Source: Candidatus Parcubacteria bacterium
Lineage (GTDB): Bacteria > Patescibacteriota > Saccharimonadia > UBA4664 > JBIOIQ01
Assembly (NCBI GenBank): GCA_963718875.1
Contig: OY970378.1
Coordinates: 4,396-68,395 of the forward strand
Reading direction: 5' to 3'
Length of the DNA stretch: 64,000 nt
The notes beneath the pieces were generated by a model. The model did no database searches and was not told the DNA's origin. It saw only the letters and a list, made by a program, of their open reading frames with translations. This document shows, piece after piece, positions 41,184 to 50,250 of the stretch (position 1 is its first letter; each line of letters begins with the position of its first letter). Made by a program: the position numbers and the translations under genes.

Positions 41184-41210
41184 GGAGGGGCGCCTTGTGG
41201 GCGCCCCTCC
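41184..41210. terminator. GC-rich hairpin (ggaggggcgcc-ttgt-gggcgcccctcc) between convergent genes
   Basis: Perfect 11-12-bp stem; no strong T-tract. Confidence 0.45.
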
Positions 41211-41228
41211 TGGTGATCCGTGATGGCC

Positions 41229-41738
41229 TTAGATGAGTACCATCATGCCTTCGGGGACACCGATGTCGTGCAGATCGGCCAGATCCCGAAGCTCGTCGTA
41301 CCAATCCTCTGCTTCGAACAACGCTGCAGCTTGGTGTGACTCAATGAGTCTCAGGACAACCAAGTAACGAACATCGTGGTCGTACGAGTGTCGTTCGTTT
41401 TTCCCTGTGTTCTGGTTACGTACTGTCTCTCGAACAGACCCGCAGCGTTGGCAGCGAAACGTTCGTTGGATGCCACCAGTCACTTGCTTGGGTCGAATGC
41501 CAGAAACCCTGACCAAGCTGTGCCGGCTTTTTGAAACGCAGACCAGGCACTCCCGAAGATGGGGATCTCCATAGCCAATGGATAGCTCATGCTGGATTTC
41601 AAGGAGCGCGTGATGAGCGCTCGTCAGTCCGGCTTGAATCTCGGCATTGACGCTGAGGAGGTCCCTAACCTCGGGCTCGTTCAGCTTTCCGCTGGCGGCG
41701 AGCCCTTGGATCAGCTGGAACGTCAGACGTGCGGACAT
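41229..41738 (-). CDS. hypothetical protein with C-x2-C...C-x2-C zinc ribbon, encoded on a high-GC (~55%) insert
   Basis: Compositional shift relative to flanks; Arg/Ala/Leu/Val-rich translation; CLVC...CQRCG. Confidence 0.4.
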   Translation of the reverse strand: MSARLTFQLIQGLAASGKLNEPEVRDLLSVNAEIQAGLTSAHHALLEIQHELSIGYGDPHLRECLVCVSKSRHSLVRVSGIRPKQVTGGIQRTFRCQRCGSVRETVRNQNTGKNERHSYDHDVRYLVVLRLIESHQAAALFEAEDWYDELRDLADLHDIGVPEGMMVLI

Positions 41739-41860
41739 GATACTTTGAGACCTCCGTCTCTCGGAAGAGTAGGACTAAACGGATCTCTTTTTTAGCACAT
41801 ATCGGTGCTACTGTCAATCATAAGTGTTGTTTTTGCTCTCTGTGAATCCCTAAACATCAC

Positions 41861-41936
41861 TGTCATTCCCTATAGGAAGCCAAGCTCAACTATCGCCTAG
41901 CTTGGCGCTCCTGATAGGGAATCTAGAAAAAAAAAC
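41861..41936. repeat. family C palindromic repeat element (tgtcattccctataggaagcc...ggcgctcctgatagggaatctag)
   Basis: Copies at 26601-26665, 59706-59771, and inverted at 61867-61931. Confidence 0.8.
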
Positions 41937-41972
41937 ATTTTTTTCTTATAAGCGGAGGGTTTTTGCTAATAC

Positions 41973-42899
41973 TTAAGCGGCTTTTAGAACCACGGCTGTA
42001 CGGGCGTCTTGACTGTCCCCTTTTAGCTCCGTGGCCAACCTTTGGGCAGCTTGTTGCGGATTATCGGCTTTGGTAATAAGTTTTTGGATTGGCCTTAAGT
42101 TTGGACTTTTTTTTCTTACGCCGTTACTTGTAACAATTAACTGATCCCCTGGCCTAATTCGCTTTGTAAATACATTTGGCTTGAATTCAAGGGGCTTGCC
42201 TAGCGCTTGTCGCTTGTCTCGGACAGGTAGGTGTGTGTGATAGTTGGTAAGCTCTATTAATTCTCCGTCCCGCAACAAGTAAATTGGGCTATCGCCCACA
42301 TTACCAATAACGGCATAGGTTCTACCATTTTCTTCAATGAGTTTGACTGCCGAAACAGTCGCAGCCATAGTGTTCCCACTTGCCTCCCGTTGCCCTAGCA
42401 TAAAATCATTGGCATTATATAGCACTTCCGACATAATCTTTTCGGCCAAAGACCGGTCATTAATGTTATCTAGTTGAGCTAGCTCGGGCATCAAGCAGTC
42501 GACCGTTTTTTGGGAAGCCTCGGCACCGTTGCCGCCACTCCCCACGCCATCGCTGACCACAATTGTTCCTTTTACGTCATAAGCAAACCGGTCTTCATTA
42601 ACTTTTTGGCCTTCCGACGCCGAAGCCGCGCCAAAAGTTAGTGTCAGTTTTTCGACTCCGCGCTCGACCTCGCCTGATTTACTTTCTGGAAAAACAGCAT
42701 CCAACCTGGCTCGCGCCTCGGCCATGGCTGCCTGACGAGCAGCATCGGTTTCGTCATCAACTTCAAGTTGAAAGCTACGCCTCATTTCCTCGTCGGCCTC
42801 GCTCCATGTCCCTAAATCTTGAGCCAACTCGCTTTGGTGAAACGGATCCGTTTCACTAGATCCATCACGATCTTGCTCGGGTGCAGTTTTTGACTTCAT
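41973..42899 (-). CDS. PP2C-family serine/threonine protein phosphatase with acidic N-terminal extension
   Basis: VNEDRFAY, VSDGVGSGG, GNVGDSP motifs. Confidence 0.75.
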   Translation of the reverse strand: MKSKTAPEQDRDGSSETDPFHQSELAQDLGTWSEADEEMRRSFQLEVDDETDAARQAAMAEARARLDAVFPESKSGEVERGVEKLTLTFGAASASEGQKVNEDRFAYDVKGTIVVSDGVGSGGNGAEASQKTVDCLMPELAQLDNINDRSLAEKIMSEVLYNANDFMLGQREASGNTMAATVSAVKLIEENGRTYAVIGNVGDSPIYLLRDGELIELTNYHTHLPVRDKRQALGKPLEFKPNVFTKRIRPGDQLIVTSNGVRKKSPNLRPIQKLITKADNPQQAAQRLATELKGDSQDARTAVVLKAA

Positions 42900-43040
42900 A
42901 AACTACATCATAGCAAAGTAGTCGTTTTAGAGTACACCAGATTGACCCGAGCTCGAGTTTGTGCGTATAATCACGTGGTACCTAAGTGAGTATATGTAAT
43001 ATTCCGAAGTAGCTCTCCGTTAGCTAACGGAGGTAGAGCG

Positions 43041-43313
43041 GTGGCTTATATGGTTTATGCAATTTATAATCAAACTGCAAGTAAGTTTTACATTGGTCAA
43101 ACTGAAAACTTCGACATAAGACTGCAACTTCATAACTCAAAAGCTTTTAAAGGCTATACATCCAGGTTTCCTGGCAGTTGGGAGTTGATTTATTCAGAGT
43201 CAGCCGCCACTCGTCAAGAAGCTTTGAGACGAGAAAAACAACTAAAGTCGCAGAAAGGGCGAGAGTTCATAAAAACTTATATTCCGGAGTTCCGTCATCA
43301 GTCAGCCGACTGA
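43041..43313 (+). CDS. GIY-YIG nuclease-family small protein
   Basis: YAIYNQTASKFYIGQTENFDIRLQLHN core motif. Confidence 0.75.
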   Translation: MAYMVYAIYNQTASKFYIGQTENFDIRLQLHNSKAFKGYTSRFPGSWELIYSESAATRQEALRREKQLKSQKGREFIKTYIPEFRHQSAD

Positions 43314-43339
43314 GAGGATCAGCGGTAATGTAAACATAT

Positions 43340-43414
43340 TCCGGAGTAGCTCAGCGGTAGAGCAGTTGACTGTTAATCAATTGGTCGCCGGTTCGAATCC
43401 GGCCTCCGGAGCCA
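43340..43414 (+). tRNA. tRNA-Asn (anticodon GTT), CCA encoded
   Basis: Acceptor stem tccggag/ctccgga, D-arm agctcagcggtagagc, anticodon loop cuGUUaa, T-loop ggttcgaatcc, 3' gCCA. Confidence 0.9.
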
Positions 43415-43475
43415 AAGAACTTATTGCTTATTTGTGGCTTTGTTAAGCTTTGAATGATCATAGGGGCTCTGTAGT

Positions 43476-44000
43476 TTATATCGACACATTGCCGAATAAC
43501 TGTGCCAATATTTCTTGCCGGTCGGTTTTTTCGGCCAGACATATTGTTCCCTGTTTAATCCTAGACCGATGCCCAGAGCTGAGGTCGAATGAATTTTTGA
43601 ATATAGCCAAAATCTCACAGGCGGTGTCGTCTGCAGCAATACGGTTAATGGATAATTTCGGGCAACCTGAACAGTCGTGAATGAGCATAATTTCTCCACG
43701 ACGAAGTTTGCCCTCGATTCTGAAGGTTAGGCCAATAGGCTTCATTCCCCCTTGGCATGAGGCTCTGCGGTCACCTTTTTTCTCGTCTACATGCTTAGAC
43801 CACAGGCACATATTGCAGTGGTTACGGTTAGCTGTACCCATTAGTTCATTGATCACCACCCATTGTCGGCAGTGCGAACAGGTAAACCCACCCTTACGCT
43901 CCAAACGGTTATGACGTGCAATATGCTTTTCAAAATTTTCTTCAAATTTAAAGCGATGATGCTTTTTATAGCGCTGCTTCATCTTTACTCTCCAAATCAA
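43476..44000 (-). CDS. RNHCP-domain Cys-rich protein
   Basis: RNHCNMCLWSKH motif plus multiple CxxC pairs. Confidence 0.5.
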   Translation of the reverse strand: MIWRVKMKQRYKKHHRFKFEENFEKHIARHNRLERKGGFTCSHCRQWVVINELMGTANRNHCNMCLWSKHVDEKKGDRRASCQGGMKPIGLTFRIEGKLRRGEIMLIHDCSGCPKLSINRIAADDTACEILAIFKNSFDLSSGHRSRIKQGTICLAEKTDRQEILAQLFGNVSI

Positions 44001-44547
44001 AAACCAGCCGGTTGGCTGGTCGCGCTGGATAGTAAAGAGGACTAAACTATTTTATGGTTATTTTGTTATATTGAATTTGACCAGCCAAAAGCTGCCCCTT
44101 TTGCAGGGGCCGGGGCATTGGCAGTGGTTTTATGACTTAATTTGGATAACACGCTGGTTACTATATAGCATATGCTTAAATATGTCAACTTACCGTTATG
44201 GTTCAATGGCTTTGCACCAAGCCCTTTGTACCATTTCTGTCGGTATTTTGAGATCTATTCCCATGTGTTCCCGGCCGGTATTGTAGTAAATCAAATTCGG
44301 ACTCAAGGAATATTAGGGTTTGATGTGTATGCCATGGTTCATAGATTAAACATTAGTTTGTACTAACGTTGTGCTCTGCTTTACACATCGATGGCATTTG
44401 GCGTCCTAGGGATTTTAGTAGTTTTGACCGGTTCGGGTCCGGATAAGCAAGCCTCTGAAGCCATGGTGGTTATGTTTATTGACTATAAGTGTTAAAGTAT
44501 ACTTGTGAAATCCGAAACGTGATTGATAAACAATAGGTGGGAAAGTT

Positions 44548-44724
44548 ATGGAGCTGTTTGTACTTGATATAGTGTCGATTATTATGATGGTTACCTTGGC
44601 AGTTCAATTTGCATATATATTTGCTCTACGGAGCAAGATTGATCATCAGACTGAACGAATGGAAAAAATGGAGAAGATGATGGGAGAAATGTATATTGCC
44701 TCAAAAAACTGGCATGAGCATTGA
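44548..44724 (+). CDS. small membrane peptide (58 aa) translationally coupled to mgtE
   Basis: SD aggtgg 7 nt upstream of ATG 44548; stop TGA overlaps the mgtE TTG start (TTGA). Confidence 0.4.
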   Translation: MELFVLDIVSIIMMVTLAVQFAYIFALRSKIDHQTERMEKMEKMMGEMYIASKNWHEH

Positions 44725-45959
44725 ATGATCAACTTTTAGCCAAAATAAAGAAAGATAAAAAACATCGAGCCGACATATTCAGCTCCTTAGACCCCATACA
44801 GGGAGGTTTGTTACTGTTATCAATGTCCCCCCAATTGCAGGCAAGGATATTAGCCGACCTCAATGACAAAGATGTAATTAATGTCTTAAACCAACTCGAC
44901 CCAGACAAGGTCACCAATATTCTGCGTAGATTAAAAGATAAACGCGCAAAACACATACTACAATTGCTCAATGACAGCATTCGCAATAAAGTTGAGTATC
45001 TACTAAAATTCGATCCAAATACTGCTGCTGACTTAATGAGTCTTGATTATATCCAGGTGGACGCTAACGAAACTTTTGAAGCAATTAAAAAAAGTCTTGT
45101 CGAGCATGAAAAACATACCGGAAAGTTCCCTACAATTTTGGTTACTTCTGAGGGCAAGGTACACGGTGAATTGCCAGGTCATGCTTTAGCACTCCAGCCT
45201 GCCTCCGAAAAAGTCTCTAGCCATATCCGCCGCTTAGTTACTGTGAAGTACAACAATGACGCACGAAAAGTAATCGACACCTTCCTTAAACATCCTCACA
45301 GCAAAGTGATTGTTTTAAATGACGACGATAGTGTCATAGGGGTTATTCACTCAGATGACGTATTGAGATATATTGAAGGACGATCAGCTCGCGACTTGTA
45401 CGGTTTCGCAGGCGTCAATCGTGAAGAGCATGTGGGCGACGGGGCTTGGACAAAGGTCAGGTATCGTTATAAATGGTTGATAATTAATCTTGCTACTGGC
45501 TTTATGGCGGCTTCAGTAGTTGGACTTTTTGAAGATACAATTACAAGAATTGTGCTACTGGCCGTATACATGCCAATAGTCGCAGGCATGGGTGGTAATG
45601 CAGCCACCCAAACTCTAGCCGTAGTAGTGCGAGGACTTGTAACGAAGGAGGTGGATCTTAAATCTGTTGCACCAGTTATTCGAAACGAGGTGACGGCTGG
45701 GTTTATTAACGGTGTAATCAACGGGCTCTTGGTAGCCGCGGTGGCGGTGTTGTGGAATAAGAACCCAGTGTTTGGACTAGTCATTGGCTTAGCTATGGTT
45801 ATCAATTTGGTCATAGCTGGATTTTTTGGTGCAATCGTCCCTGTGGTTATGAAGTCCTTAAAACAAGATCCGGCCGCTTCTGCCACGATCTTCATTACCA
45901 CTGCGACCGATGTTTTTGGCTTTTTCTGTTTCCTAGGTCTAGCCACTGTGCTTTTGTAG
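44721..45959 (+). CDS. mgtE: magnesium transporter MgtE
   Basis: MgtE N-domain, tandem CBS, C-terminal TM domain with GGNAATQ motif. First in-frame start is TTG 44721 (in-frame stop at 44715). Confidence 0.85.
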   Translation: MNDQLLAKIKKDKKHRADIFSSLDPIQGGLLLLSMSPQLQARILADLNDKDVINVLNQLDPDKVTNILRRLKDKRAKHILQLLNDSIRNKVEYLLKFDPNTAADLMSLDYIQVDANETFEAIKKSLVEHEKHTGKFPTILVTSEGKVHGELPGHALALQPASEKVSSHIRRLVTVKYNNDARKVIDTFLKHPHSKVIVLNDDDSVIGVIHSDDVLRYIEGRSARDLYGFAGVNREEHVGDGAWTKVRYRYKWLIINLATGFMAASVVGLFEDTITRIVLLAVYMPIVAGMGGNAATQTLAVVVRGLVTKEVDLKSVAPVIRNEVTAGFINGVINGLLVAAVAVLWNKNPVFGLVIGLAMVINLVIAGFFGAIVPVVMKSLKQDPAASATIFITTATDVFGFFCFLGLATVLL

Positions 45960-46133
45960 CCTGTCTTCTTCATTAAGCGCTACATTTAGGGTTATTACCT
46001 GTTAGGTTGAGAGATTAAAGTTAACTTCCTCCACGATGCGGGCCAAAGAAAAAGTCCCACCCCGCGTGCCTTGATTAGTGGTCCTTAGAACGAGCCCCAT
46101 GGTGCTTATGCTTATATTTAATATACTCACAAT

Positions 46134-46424
46134 ATGAAGGTTTTTTCAGTTCTAAAGCGTAAGGTAAAAGGCAAGTCTTTGTTCTTGATAATTGTCACTG
46201 TGATTGCAGTATGCCTTGTCACGACATATCTGGGGATGTCAATTTACTATTTAATTAAGCCCATTGGAACAACAGGACCCAAGTGCACATTTGATAACTT
46301 TGACTGTGAAAGTAACGGGAAACTGCTTCTTGTCTTGGGCAACTTTATGCTTGCTGCCATGTCAGCGGCTGCTTATGGTGCATTTAGAATAGTTTACGGG
46401 CTGTTTAAGAGGCGCAAACCATAG
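46134..46424 (+). CDS. small membrane protein
   Basis: Two hydrophobic helices. Confidence 0.4.
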   Translation: MKVFSVLKRKVKGKSLFLIIVTVIAVCLVTTYLGMSIYYLIKPIGTTGPKCTFDNFDCESNGKLLLVLGNFMLAAMSAAAYGAFRIVYGLFKRRKP

Positions 46425-46492
46425 GTAGACATGGTGCTTATGATTATTTATGCTTTAACTAAGCTATTTATCCTATGTGATACGATTGAGTA

Positions 46493-46906
46493 ATGAAGAT
46501 TAGAGTAATTATATTAGTAAGCGTTGTGGCTGTTGGGGTTTTGTTCTACACGCTTAGGCCAAAGTCCCAGACAGAATCACCTGGTGCAACCAATCAACAG
46601 CGAGTTCAGTCTCCGTCTTCCTCGCCACAGGTAGCAAGCAAGACCTTTGCGCTGGAGATTCGCAACGGAGATCTCGTAGTGGGTGAAAGCGTGATTAAGG
46701 TAGACCAGGGTGGTGACGTGAATATTAAGGTTGTTTCAGACGTAAAGGATGAGCTACACATACATGGCTACGACAAGGAGCTAATATTACAGGCAAATAT
46801 TCCCGCCAGTGTAACTTTCAAGGCGGACATTGCGGGTAGATTTGAAATCGAACTTCATAGTAGCGAACAGGCAATAGCAGCTTTAGAGATCCAGCCCAAG
46901 CTATGA
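46493..46906 (+). CDS. secreted/anchored hypothetical protein (beta-sandwich-like; ELHIHGYD motif)
   Basis: Signal anchor; 4-bp overlap with the downstream membrane protein. Confidence 0.45.
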   Translation: MKIRVIILVSVVAVGVLFYTLRPKSQTESPGATNQQRVQSPSSSPQVASKTFALEIRNGDLVVGESVIKVDQGGDVNIKVVSDVKDELHIHGYDKELILQANIPASVTFKADIAGRFEIELHSSEQAIAALEIQPKL

Positions 46907-48282
46907 TAGGGCTGAAGCCTTTGCTAGCTCACGCGTTTGGACAAACTTATACCCTACCTGTACCGCTATGGTTATTTCTGTTCGGGGCAGGCACAGCAGT
47001 CATTGTGTCTTTTGTAGTTATCGGCATATTCCTAGATAGCAGGCCACCCAGCAAGAAACGTGATCGGCCAGCCAAGAACCTAGGCACAATTAGGCAGATT
47101 GTCAGAATAGTAGGGGTGTTCTTGCTAGTATTAGTCATTGCGACAGGGCTGCTCGGTAAACAAGAGGGTTATCTTAATTTCAGCGTCCCATTTGTGTGGA
47201 TTGGTTTCATAGTTGGTTTTACCTATACTGTGGCTTTTTTAGGGAATCTGTGGGAGTGGTTGAACCCTTTTAAGACACTTTTGGAATGGCTGGAGAAGCT
47301 GATAGGCAAGAAGTTAGGGCCAGTGGAAGAATACCCAAAGGCTCTAGCATACTACCCTGCCCTTTTAACATATTTCGGCTTAATTTGGCTCGAGCTATTG
47401 TCAAATAATTTTGCTATAGTGCCGAAAAACCTGGCCCTTATGGTGATTGGCTATACATTTATTACTCTTTTATGCGCTTATTGGTATGGAAAAGAAGCGT
47501 GGTTTAAATATGGAGAGTTTTTTTCGGTTTTTTTTGGTCTGGTTTCAAAAATTGCTCCCGTAAAAATTGTCGGGGGCGAGGTATCTTTACGCAAACCTTT
47601 GAGTGGTCTGCTTGATGATGGCGCCAGGGATTTTAGCTTATTGCTGTTTGTATTATTTATGTTGGCCTCTACGGGCTTTGATGGATTAAGAGAGACGGTC
47701 ATTTTTGGGCGGCTCGAGGGGTTGATGCCAAACTTTATTTCCAGCGTGCCTAATCTTTTTGAGACTCTAGTGATGGCACTACTGCCATTTGCCTTGCTAG
47801 CTTTTTATGTTGCCTGCATGACGACGATCAAACGGCTAGTTAAAACGAATTTGTCCACTATGCAGCTAGCGTATGGCTTTGCTTTTTCGCTTGTTCCGAT
47901 TGCGATTGGGTACAACATTGCTCACTATTTCACCCTACTACTGTTACCAGGACAGACAATTATAAAGACTCTCTCTGACCCGTTTGGTTATGGATGGAAC
48001 CTCTTGGGTACGGCTGCTTATGAACTAAATTCGACATTTCTTGGTGCCTTTGCCGTTTGGTATATTCAGATAGCCCTCATTGTGGTCGGCCATATTGCTG
48101 CTGTCTACATAGCCCATACCCAGGCACTGAAGTTATTTAATGTGCGCAAAAATGCCCTTGTAAGCCAGTACCCGATGCTAATCCTGATGGTTCTTTATAC
48201 AATTGGTAGCCTCTGGATCATAGCTCAGCCCATTGCAGTAGAAGGTAGTAAGCAAAAACAGCAAGCTGAGCAGCACTATTGA
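46903..48282 (+). CDS. polytopic membrane protein (>=10 TM), unknown function
   Basis: ORF of 459 aa with many hydrophobic helices. Confidence 0.5.
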   Translation: MIGLKPLLAHAFGQTYTLPVPLWLFLFGAGTAVIVSFVVIGIFLDSRPPSKKRDRPAKNLGTIRQIVRIVGVFLLVLVIATGLLGKQEGYLNFSVPFVWIGFIVGFTYTVAFLGNLWEWLNPFKTLLEWLEKLIGKKLGPVEEYPKALAYYPALLTYFGLIWLELLSNNFAIVPKNLALMVIGYTFITLLCAYWYGKEAWFKYGEFFSVFFGLVSKIAPVKIVGGEVSLRKPLSGLLDDGARDFSLLLFVLFMLASTGFDGLRETVIFGRLEGLMPNFISSVPNLFETLVMALLPFALLAFYVACMTTIKRLVKTNLSTMQLAYGFAFSLVPIAIGYNIAHYFTLLLLPGQTIIKTLSDPFGYGWNLLGTAAYELNSTFLGAFAVWYIQIALIVVGHIAAVYIAHTQALKLFNVRKNALVSQYPMLILMVLYTIGSLWIIAQPIAVEGSKQKQQAEQHY

Positions 48283-48379
48283 GAGTATAAAATCCTTAAG
48301 GCAACCACCAATGCCTAGCCTGCCAGTTGATAATGGTGTTGCACCTTAATATGAATCATTTAGCTGCTACGATATATCT

Positions 48380-48775
48380 ATGAACATGGGCATGACTTTT
48401 TATTTTGCTGGCGCGATCTTTTCACCCCAGGATGTATTCATGTTCGGGGCTTTAGCCTTCCTAATTTTGAGTACGGTTGTTGGTTTAATAATTTATGCAG
48501 GCAAAAGGCTTTCGAGAAAAGCATCCTTTACGAATTCAAAAAAGAAGGTAAGTTTACCTGTTTCAATACTAATCGGATGTGGCGTTGTAGCTACTGTGGT
48601 TCTAGTTTTTATCGTGATACCCACTGTAGTTAACGATAATAATCATATTAAAAAGCAAGATGAATGCGCACTTAGCGCTGGATTCAAGGATAGATTTGAG
48701 TCAGAGTCTTCTAGTGTAGATAATTTAGCCGAAAAACAGGCTCTATATAACACCTGTCTTAACGCCGCACTTTAA
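48380..48775 (+). CDS. small membrane protein
   Basis: ORF with two TM segments. Confidence 0.4.
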   Translation: MNMGMTFYFAGAIFSPQDVFMFGALAFLILSTVVGLIIYAGKRLSRKASFTNSKKKVSLPVSILIGCGVVATVVLVFIVIPTVVNDNNHIKKQDECALSAGFKDRFESESSSVDNLAEKQALYNTCLNAAL

Positions 48776-48782
48776 AATAACT

Positions 48783-49406
48783 CTAAACAGGGACGGCGCT
48801 ATGTGGGCTTCCACTCCCCTTGTCCGGTTTCTTTGCCCTCCAGCTGTAGGTACAGGCCAGGAATATTACAAACATTAAAAGCCATAACACTGAGTATGAA
48901 ACAGTTAACAAATTGTATTGTTCTAGAGCAAATAGAATCAAAATTAGTTTCAGCATCAGCAAATAATAGCTAGGCAGCGATTCTGAATATGGCGCGTTTC
49001 GAGTCTTGCGGAAAGTTGGGATGAACGACGTCATTTCAGCAGCCGTCACAATTGCCAGCGAAACAACTGGCTGCTTACTAAGTAATGCATAAGCAATGAC
49101 CCCAAGTATAGAGATGGTGAGACAAACTTTATCCATTGGTACTATGTCTTTGGTACCAAACCGAAAACAATAAAAAAGTATGACGCCATCTACAAACACG
49201 CCCAGGATAGTAGGGATTGCTCCTACACCCGCCCCACCAATCACCTGGAGGTAGGCTACAACGGCGGTGACCAAGAAAATGCTTATCCATGTATAGAGGT
49301 GCGGTTGGTTTTTACCTCTAAACATATCGACCAGGTAAGGGACATAGGCGATTAATGCAATGCCGGTAGCGATGATGGAAGCAATGACTTTTAGATCGTG
49401 GTTCAT
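48783..49406 (-). CDS. polytopic membrane protein
   Basis: ORF with 6-7 TM segments. Confidence 0.45.
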   Translation of the reverse strand: MNHDLKVIASIIATGIALIAYVPYLVDMFRGKNQPHLYTWISIFLVTAVVAYLQVIGGAGVGAIPTILGVFVDGVILFYCFRFGTKDIVPMDKVCLTISILGVIAYALLSKQPVVSLAIVTAAEMTSFIPTFRKTRNAPYSESLPSYYLLMLKLILILFALEQYNLLTVSYSVLWLLMFVIFLACTYSWRAKKPDKGSGSPHSAVPV

Positions 49407-49669
49407 GTGTTAAAGGATAGCATAAGTAGCTTAGTTGAGGCTTGGGATTGCACAAAGTGCCCAAATATACTTTAGTTGTGCATATGGGTTTAGGAGGGTA
49501 CTTCTAAACCTTGTTCTGTCTAACTCGGACCATACTGGAGGCAAGGCATGAGCAGGATCAGCGAGATTAAGGCATGTGAACGGAACATCAGCCGTACCAA
49601 CCCAGATCACGGTGACCGCCCTCTTTTCTTTTATTAAGCCATGAAGGTAATGTCTCAACTGGTTTTTCT

Positions 49670-50233
49670 TTGCAACAAACGGTCAAACCACTTATTATAC
49701 GTATAATAATGGCTAGACGAAAAAGCGGTCTGCAAAGGCGGCTCAAATACATGAGGTCTTGGCTAAGGCATCCGAGTGTCTTGTTTTTCGTGATATTTCT
49801 AATGATGTTCTTTGTTCTAACGTTGGGATTGTCATTGCCATGTGGTCGTGGCGGCGTACCGATACACGGCATATGTAGTAACGGCGCCCCTCTTATGACG
49901 CCACAATCCTTACTTGTACTAGGGTTATTAATTGGGGTTTTTGTTTCATTACTAGCTATGATAATAGGGCCCCATGATGGCAAATGGAGTACTGTTAGAG
50001 TAGTGCAAGATTTTGTAAGTGAGCGTCGCTTGCGCGGAAAGAGGCCGTTCACCTATGTATTATTCTTAATGACATACATTTTCTTGGCATTAATAACATA
50101 TTTCTTTTTCAATCAAAATGCTGGGTTGCGATGGTATAACTATGTTGCGCAGTATGTAGTGGTTTTACCAATCTTTGCTTCATATATTTCGCATTTGTTT
50201 ACAAAAAAGTATGCTAAATCTAGTAAAAAGTGA
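49670..50233 (+). CDS. membrane protein (4 TM)
   Basis: Hydrophobic helices; the overlapping minus-strand ORFs are judged antisense artefacts. Confidence 0.4.
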   Translation: MQQTVKPLIIRIIMARRKSGLQRRLKYMRSWLRHPSVLFFVIFLMMFFVLTLGLSLPCGRGGVPIHGICSNGAPLMTPQSLLVLGLLIGVFVSLLAMIIGPHDGKWSTVRVVQDFVSERRLRGKRPFTYVLFLMTYIFLALITYFFFNQNAGLRWYNYVAQYVVVLPIFASYISHLFTKKYAKSSKK

Positions 50234-50250
50234 TGATAGGAGCCTGACTG

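Noticed and set aside
49431-50052. Minus-strand ORFs 49431..49658 and 49588..50052
   Set aside because: They overlap the plus-strand membrane-protein ORF 49670..50233, which has clean TM helices. The minus-strand ORFs are Arg/Pro/Cys-rich and look like antisense noise.
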